Below are positions 39,450-44,684 of a stretch of 44,684 nucleotides of DNA, piece by piece (position 1 is the first letter of the stretch; each line of letters starts with the position of its first letter). The notes under the pieces are model-generated. The model was not told the DNA's origin. It made no database searches and saw nothing but the letters and a program-made list of their open reading frames with translations. Where the stretch lies: the NCBI GenBank assembly GCA_044222475.1, contig JBGANF010000066.1:1-44684 (forward strand). The letters run 5' to 3'. Source of the stretch: Polyangiaceae bacterium. Its GTDB lineage: Bacteria > Myxococcota_A > Polyangia > Polyangiales > Polyangiaceae. The translations under genes and the position numbers were made by a program.

Positions 39450-41238
39450 AGTTCAGATCGACGACTTCGCCTTGCGCGCCAGGGTTGCCCGCACTCGCGG
39501 TGGCGATCGTCCCGACGCTCGCGCCGGGCTGACCCGGCGACCCGGGAGACCCGTACGATCCGGTGTTCTGGCTCACGTTCACGACGAGCCCTTGCTTGCG
39601 CGCGACGCGCACCACCGGTCCGCCGCCCCCGCCGCCGCCCGGCGAGCCTGCGCCGCCGTTGCCACCGGCACCCCCGTTCGCGCCGTTGCCTGCCGGGTTG
39701 CCGCCCGCCATGCCCGCGCCGAGCGCGCCACCTTGCTGACCGGTGCCGTTCGCGCCGCCGTTGCCGCCCTTGCCGCCGGTGCCGAGGACGAACTCGTTGC
39801 CCTCGACCGTCCATGCGCCGCCGAGCGCGAGGATGCCGAAGCTCCCTCCCCCGCCCTTGCCGCCTTGGCCCCCGTTGCCACCCTCGCCGCCACAGCCGCC
39901 CGACCCGCCGCCGCCGCCGCCGTCCGAGTAGCAGCTCGGCCACGAGTGCGCGGTCCCACCACCGCCGCCACCGCCGCCACCGCCGCCGCCCTTGTCGCCG
40001 GTGCTCCCGGTCGCGCCTGTCGCCGGGGCGTACATCCCATTTTGGTACGATCCGATCGCGGGGCCGCCGGTGCCACCGGTGCTCGCGGGCGGACCGTTCG
40101 AACCGGGCACGCCGGGGGTCCCGTTCTGAGCGGTCCCGGGCGTGAGGCAGCTGATCGGGCCGCCACCAGGGCCGCCGCCGCCGGGCTGCGGGTAGTTGGT
40201 CCCGTTGAAGCCGTTGAAGCCACCTTGTCCGGTGCCGCTGGTGCCGTTGGCCCCGTTGCCACCCTTTCCGCCGGGCGCCGAGCACGCCGGAGCCGGGCCG
40301 CCGCCGCCGGCGCCCCCGCAGTTCGAGCAGCCGACCGTCCCGTCGTTCCCCTTCAGCGCCGGCGTGACCCACGCCACGCCCGCGGCGCCGTTCGCGCCGT
40401 CGTGACCGGCGCCGATGATGAACTTGTTGTACCGCACATACATGTTCCCGGTGCCGGCCTCGACGCGCACGCCGTAGACGCTCGCGCCGTCGGTCGTGGA
40501 CTGAGGGAAGCTCACGTCGAACGTGACGTTCTCGATGTGGGTCTCGTCGTTGACGAGGTTCAGGTACGCGCCGGTGCCGGCGAGCGGGCCGGTCGTCGCG
40601 GTCGCCTTGATCATCGACACGACGTCGGTCGTGCCGTTCTTCTTCGCCCGGCGGAACGGGAACTCGGTGTTGGCTTGGTCGAAGGAGCCGTAGATCGAGA
40701 TGCCGGAGAGCATCGACACGTTCTCGGTGTAGGTCTCGCCCGAGAGGCAGATGGGGCGCTTCGGCAGCTTGCCGCCCGAGAAGCTGATCGCGGCGGCGAT
40801 GCTGGCGAACGGCTTCGCGGTCGTCCCGTCGCCGTTGACGTCGTTTCCGAGGGACTTCGAGACGAACACGCACTCCGCGACCACGCCGTCGGAGCCGTCG
40901 CAGTTCTCGTCGACGAAGTCCTTGTCCATCGGGTCCGCTGGTCCCACTTTGGTACAGGCGTACTCGCAGCCGCAGTTGGGGCCGGTGCTCTTCCCGTCGA
41001 GGTCGAAGAAGTTCGGGGGGCACACCCCCGGCTTGCACGCGCCACCGTCACCGCCGTCGTTCGGGGGCGCGGGGACGTCGGGGGTCGCGTCCCCGGAGCC
41101 CGAATCGACGGGGTCGCCCGCGTCCGGCAGCTGGACGCCGACCGGCACGCCTTCCGCCGCACACGCAGCGAGCAACACGACCACGAGCGGCGCGCCTGCG
41201 AGCGCGATCCGCGAGCCAAACAAGCCAAGCGACCTCAT
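39448..41238 (-). CDS. Gly-rich (PE-PGRS-like) surface lipoprotein of myxobacterial type
   Basis: GGAGG RBS; VVVLLAAC lipobox; DENCDGSDG motif; GNDVNGDGTTAKPFASI (DUF1565-like); long GGxGGxGG tracts. Confidence 0.85.
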   Translation of the reverse strand: MRSLGLFGSRIALAGAPLVVVLLAACAAEGVPVGVQLPDAGDPVDSGSGDATPDVPAPPNDGGDGGACKPGVCPPNFFDLDGKSTGPNCGCEYACTKVGPADPMDKDFVDENCDGSDGVVAECVFVSKSLGNDVNGDGTTAKPFASIAAAISFSGGKLPKRPICLSGETYTENVSMLSGISIYGSFDQANTEFPFRRAKKNGTTDVVSMIKATATTGPLAGTGAYLNLVNDETHIENVTFDVSFPQSTTDGASVYGVRVEAGTGNMYVRYNKFIIGAGHDGANGAAGVAWVTPALKGNDGTVGCSNCGGAGGGGPAPACSAPGGKGGNGANGTSGTGQGGFNGFNGTNYPQPGGGGPGGGPISCLTPGTAQNGTPGVPGSNGPPASTGGTGGPAIGSYQNGMYAPATGATGSTGDKGGGGGGGGGGGGTAHSWPSCYSDGGGGGGSGGCGGEGGNGGQGGKGGGGSFGILALGGAWTVEGNEFVLGTGGKGGNGGANGTGQQGGALGAGMAGGNPAGNGANGGAGGNGGAGSPGGGGGGGPVVRVARKQGLVVNVSQNTGSYGSPGSPGQPGASVGTIATASAGNPGAQGEVVDLN

Positions 41239-41332
41239 GTCCGAGTCCTCCCGAAATTCGCGCGTACTCTGCCACGGGTCCGCGCCAAACGCCGCTAGTT
41301 TTCGGGCAAATCGGGTACCTTGAGGGCCTCCG

Positions 41333-43390
41333 ATGCGGATCGCGCTCACCCACAACCTTCGCCTGCACAACACCGTCGAAGAGGCCGAGTTCGACGCCCC
41401 CGAAACCGTCGACGCGATCGCCCGCGCGCTGGCCCGAGGGGGCCACCACGTGGAGCGGGTCGACGTGAGCGGTCCCCCGTCGCGCCTCGTGGCCCGCCTC
41501 GAGGCCTACGCCCCCGACCTCATCTTCAACACCGCCGAGGGGCGGAGGGGCCGCATGCGCCGGGGCTTCTACGCGGCCCTGTTCGAGGAGCTCGGAATGC
41601 CGGCGACCGGCAGCGACGCCTACACGCTGTGCATCACGCTCGACAAGGCGCTGACGAAGAAGGTGCTCGCCGGACATGGAGTCCCCAGCCCGCGGGGGCG
41701 TCTCGTCACCCGCGCGACCCTGCGCGGCGGCGGCCTCGACGATCTCGCCTACCCGGTGATCGCGAAGCCGAACTACGAGGGCTCGTCGAAGGGGATCAGC
41801 CAGCGCAGCGTCGCCGAGGACCCGATGGATCTCGGGCGCGTCGTCGATGCGCTCCTGCAAGACTACCCGGAGGGCGTGCTCCTCGAGCGGTACGTGAGCG
41901 GTACGGACGTGCGGGTGTGCACGATCGACGGCCTGCCCACGCTGCCGCCGCTCGAGCTGGAGATCGATCCGAGCCACCCGCAGCGCTTCGCGATTCAGGA
42001 CTTCGATCTCGTCGCGCGGAACCCGGGCGCCGTGAAGCTCGTGCCGTCGAGGCTCCCGAAGCGCACGCTCGATCGCATCTCGGAGCTCGCCGACCGCACC
42101 TTCACCGCGCTCGGCATCCGCGACTTCGGGAGCATCGACTTCCGCGTCACCGGCGACGGCGAGGTCTACTTCCTCAGCGCGACCGCGCTGCCGAGCCTCG
42201 AGGAGGGCGCTGCCCTCACGACGAGCGCCGCCCGCAGCGGCTACGACTACGACGCCGTCGTCAACGCCGTGCTGCGCGCGGCGTGCGCGCGCACGGGGCT
42301 CTCGGCCCAGCTCGACGCGACGAAGCCCCGGCCGAAGTCCCGGCGCACCGCGCTCCGGGTCGGGCTCGCGTTCAACATGAAGCGGATCGACTCGCAAGAC
42401 GGCGACGACCGCGAAGCCGAGTACGACTCGCCCAAGACCATCGAGTCGATCACCAAGGCGATCGAGAGCCACGGCCACGCCGTGATCCCGCTCGAAGCCA
42501 CCGCCGACTTTCCGCGCGCGCTCCTCGCGAGCGGAGTCGACGTCGTGTTCAACATCGCGGAAGGGATCCGCGGCCGCAACCGCGAGGCTCAAGTCCCGAG
42601 TCTGTGCGAGCTCCTCGGCGTGCCCTTCACCGGCAGCGACTCGGCGACGCTGAGCATCTGTCTCGACAAGGGCCTCTCGAAGCGCCTCCTCAAGAAGGAC
42701 GTCGAGACCCCGGACTGGCAGGTGCTGGTCACCGGCCGCGAGAAGCTCAAGGCGCTCCGCTTCCCGGTGATCGTGAAGCCCAACGCCGAGGGCACGAGCA
42801 AGGGCATCACCCCGAAGTCGATCGTCGACGACGAAGCCGGCGTGCGCGAGGTCGCGCGCGAGATCATCGAGAAGTACGGACAGCCGGCGCTCGTCGAGGA
42901 GTACATCTTCGGGCGCGAGTTCACGGTCGGGCTCCTCGGCGAACGCCGGCCGCGCGTGCTGCCTCCCATGGAGGTCGTGTTCCTTCAGCCGAGCGAGCGC
43001 CCGATCTACGACTACGGGTCGAAGCAGAACTGGCAGAGCCACATTCGCTACGACGTCCCAGCGAACCTCACGAAGGAGGAGCTCCGCGCGATCGAACGCA
43101 CGTGCCGAATGACCTTCGCCGACCTCGGCTGTCGTGACGTGGCGCGCGTCGATCTGCGCATGAACGCGCAGGGCAAGATCTTCGTCATCGAGGTGAACCC
43201 GCTCCCCGGCCTGACCCCCGACTACAGCGACCTCTGCCTCATCGCGAACGGCGCCGGGATGGACTACCGCACCCTCATCGGCGACATCTTGAGCGGAGCG
43301 ATCAAGCGCTGGCGCGAGAAGCAGTCCCCGTTCGGCGAGCGCGAAACGCGAGAGGAGACGCCGACGCCAGCGGTGGGGGCGGAGAACTGA
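41333..43390 (+). CDS. Tandem double D-Ala-D-Ala-ligase-like ATP-grasp protein
   Basis: Two copies of E(A)EF/YD..FNxAEG..TGSD..LDK..PVIxKPNxEGxSKGI. Only the second ends in ARVDLR..IEVNPLPG. Confidence 0.9.
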   Translation: MRIALTHNLRLHNTVEEAEFDAPETVDAIARALARGGHHVERVDVSGPPSRLVARLEAYAPDLIFNTAEGRRGRMRRGFYAALFEELGMPATGSDAYTLCITLDKALTKKVLAGHGVPSPRGRLVTRATLRGGGLDDLAYPVIAKPNYEGSSKGISQRSVAEDPMDLGRVVDALLQDYPEGVLLERYVSGTDVRVCTIDGLPTLPPLELEIDPSHPQRFAIQDFDLVARNPGAVKLVPSRLPKRTLDRISELADRTFTALGIRDFGSIDFRVTGDGEVYFLSATALPSLEEGAALTTSAARSGYDYDAVVNAVLRAACARTGLSAQLDATKPRPKSRRTALRVGLAFNMKRIDSQDGDDREAEYDSPKTIESITKAIESHGHAVIPLEATADFPRALLASGVDVVFNIAEGIRGRNREAQVPSLCELLGVPFTGSDSATLSICLDKGLSKRLLKKDVETPDWQVLVTGREKLKALRFPVIVKPNAEGTSKGITPKSIVDDEAGVREVAREIIEKYGQPALVEEYIFGREFTVGLLGERRPRVLPPMEVVFLQPSERPIYDYGSKQNWQSHIRYDVPANLTKEELRAIERTCRMTFADLGCRDVARVDLRMNAQGKIFVIEVNPLPGLTPDYSDLCLIANGAGMDYRTLIGDILSGAIKRWREKQSPFGERETREETPTPAVGAEN

Positions 43391-44684
43391 GCCGAGCGCG
43401 CGCGCGGAGGGCGCGCGAGCTCGACGCGCTCGCCAACGCGTTCTCGGCGGCGACCGACCGCCGCGAGCGCTCGCTCGCGGCTTCGCCCGAGCAGAACGCG
43501 CGCTGGGTCCGCACCCTCGATCGCTTCGCGCGGAAGCTCGCGCGCTTCGACGGCGAGAAGCTGCCCCTGCAGTCGTCTCTCACCCGACGGATGCTCGCCA
43601 GCGAGATCGCGCGCCAACGCGAGCTCGTCGTCTCCGGGTGGTCCGAGCGGGATCTCAACGGCACGAGCTCCGGCGCTCACGCGCTCGTCGAGATCGTGAC
43701 GTCGTTCGAGCGGACGTCGATGAAGGACTGGCGGTGGACGATCGCGCGCCTCGCGGGGGCGGATCGATGGGCGCGAGGCTACGTGGCGCTCCTGCGCCGC
43801 GGCCTCGACGCCGGTCGCATCGTCCCCGAAGCCGCCGTCCGATCGGCGATCGCCAGCGTCGACGCGATGCTCGACGTGCGCGACCCGAAGAACCCCTTTC
43901 GCGAGCTCGCGCGCGAGATGGACACCAAGCTCGCGCGAAGGCCGCAGCTGCGCGCGCTGCGGCGAGATCTCGATCGCGCGATCGTCGACGCGGTGGTCCC
44001 TGCGCTCCGAGTGTTGCGCCGGTTCCTCGAGAAGACGTACTTGCCCCGCGCCACGCAGCGGCTCGACGACGCGGCCTACCGTCACTACCTCGATGCGCAC
44101 CTCGGCCCCGGTCACCCGTCCCCCGAAGCGCTCCGCGCCCACGGTGCGCGCGAGGTCGCGAGGCTCCGGCGTGAGCTTCGGCGAGCGGTCCATGCCGCCT
44201 TCGGCTCGCGAGCTTCGCTCCCCAGGGCGATGAAGAGCCTCGCGCGGAGCAAGACCATGCGCTTCCGCGATCCGAGCGATCTGGTCCGCGCGGCGACCGC
44301 GGAGCTCGAACGGGCCCGCGCATACGCGGAGGAAGCGATGCCCGTCCCCGACGGCGAGCTCCGCGTCGAGCCGATCCCGACCCATCAAGAGGGCACGATG
44401 CTCGCGCAGTACCTGAACCCGCGCGACGGCGAAGCGACGCTCCAACTGAACACGACGACGCTGCTCTCCGCTCAGCGCCGGCACGAGCTTCCGACCCTCG
44501 TGACCCACGAGGTCTTCGGCGGCCATCACGTCGCGGCTCTCCACGCCGAGGCGCAGGACCACTTGCCGGACTTTCGTCGCTTCGCCGTGATGAGCGCGTT
44601 CGACGAGGGATGGGCGCTCTACGCCGAGCAGCTCCGCGACGAACAAGGCGGCTACACGAAGCTCGAGCGCGTCGGGTACCTCGC
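43387..44684 (+). CDS. DUF885 family (zincin-like) protein, runs off the right edge; start uncertain (CTG 43387 or ATG 43591)
   Basis: Frame open to the window end; PTLVTHEVFGGHH..SAFDEGWALYAEQL..GGY..ERVGYL. Confidence 0.82.
   Translation, partial: MSRARARRARELDALANAFSAATDRRERSLAASPEQNARWVRTLDRFARKLARFDGEKLPLQSSLTRRMLASEIARQRELVVSGWSERDLNGTSSGAHALVEIVTSFERTSMKDWRWTIARLAGADRWARGYVALLRRGLDAGRIVPEAAVRSAIASVDAMLDVRDPKNPFRELAREMDTKLARRPQLRALRRDLDRAIVDAVVPALRVLRRFLEKTYLPRATQRLDDAAYRHYLDAHLGPGHPSPEALRAHGAREVARLRRELRRAVHAAFGSRASLPRAMKSLARSKTMRFRDPSDLVRAATAELERARAYAEEAMPVPDGELRVEPIPTHQEGTMLAQYLNPRDGEATLQLNTTTLLSAQRRHELPTLVTHEVFGGHHVAALHAEAQDHLPDFRRFAVMSAFDEGWALYAEQLRDEQGGYTKLERVGYL

Noticed and set aside
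41333..43390. Housekeeping ddl or vancomycin-resistance ligase
   Set aside because: It lacks the N-terminal GGxSxE motif, is a tandem fusion, and has no mur/dcw or van gene context.

Overview
This is a very GC-rich chromosomal segment, most likely from a myxobacterium (Polyangiales-like), judged from a MYXO-CTERM-type tail and many Cys-rich or Gly-rich lipoproteins. All family calls come from motif recognition by eye; no searches were run. Core content: a reductive pyrimidine-catabolism operon (preT-preA-beta-ureidopropionase-hydA-lipoprotein-mmsA) divergent from a MocR/PdxR-pdxS-pdxT operon, a VapBC-type toxin-antitoxin pair, an NCS1 transporter, ribF, holA, a CoA-transferase, an MFS transporter, a CarH/LitR-like B12-binding regulator next to ribA, two ATP-grasp proteins, an M61 peptidase and a DUF885 protein. 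The stretch at about 24.2-26.8 kb is full of small deletions, probably read or assembly errors. The most striking element is a ~1.2 kb cassette at 38.25-39.45 kb. It holds two convergent 104-aa four-helix-bundle (Avd / 23S-IVS-like) paralogues. Each is preceded by a ~118-nt branched hairpin, and the differences between the two hairpins are mostly compensatory base-pair swaps. On the template strand each hairpin carries a TTGANN-16 nt-CACGAT promoter-like motif with A-11 and T-7 unpaired, the geometry of a Frpo-like single-stranded-DNA promoter. The cassette is bracketed by (GCTTCC)n microsatellites. Other non-coding structure: an inverted duplication over the start of a DUF559 gene, a REPIN-like nested palindrome, and several leaderless-type promoters.
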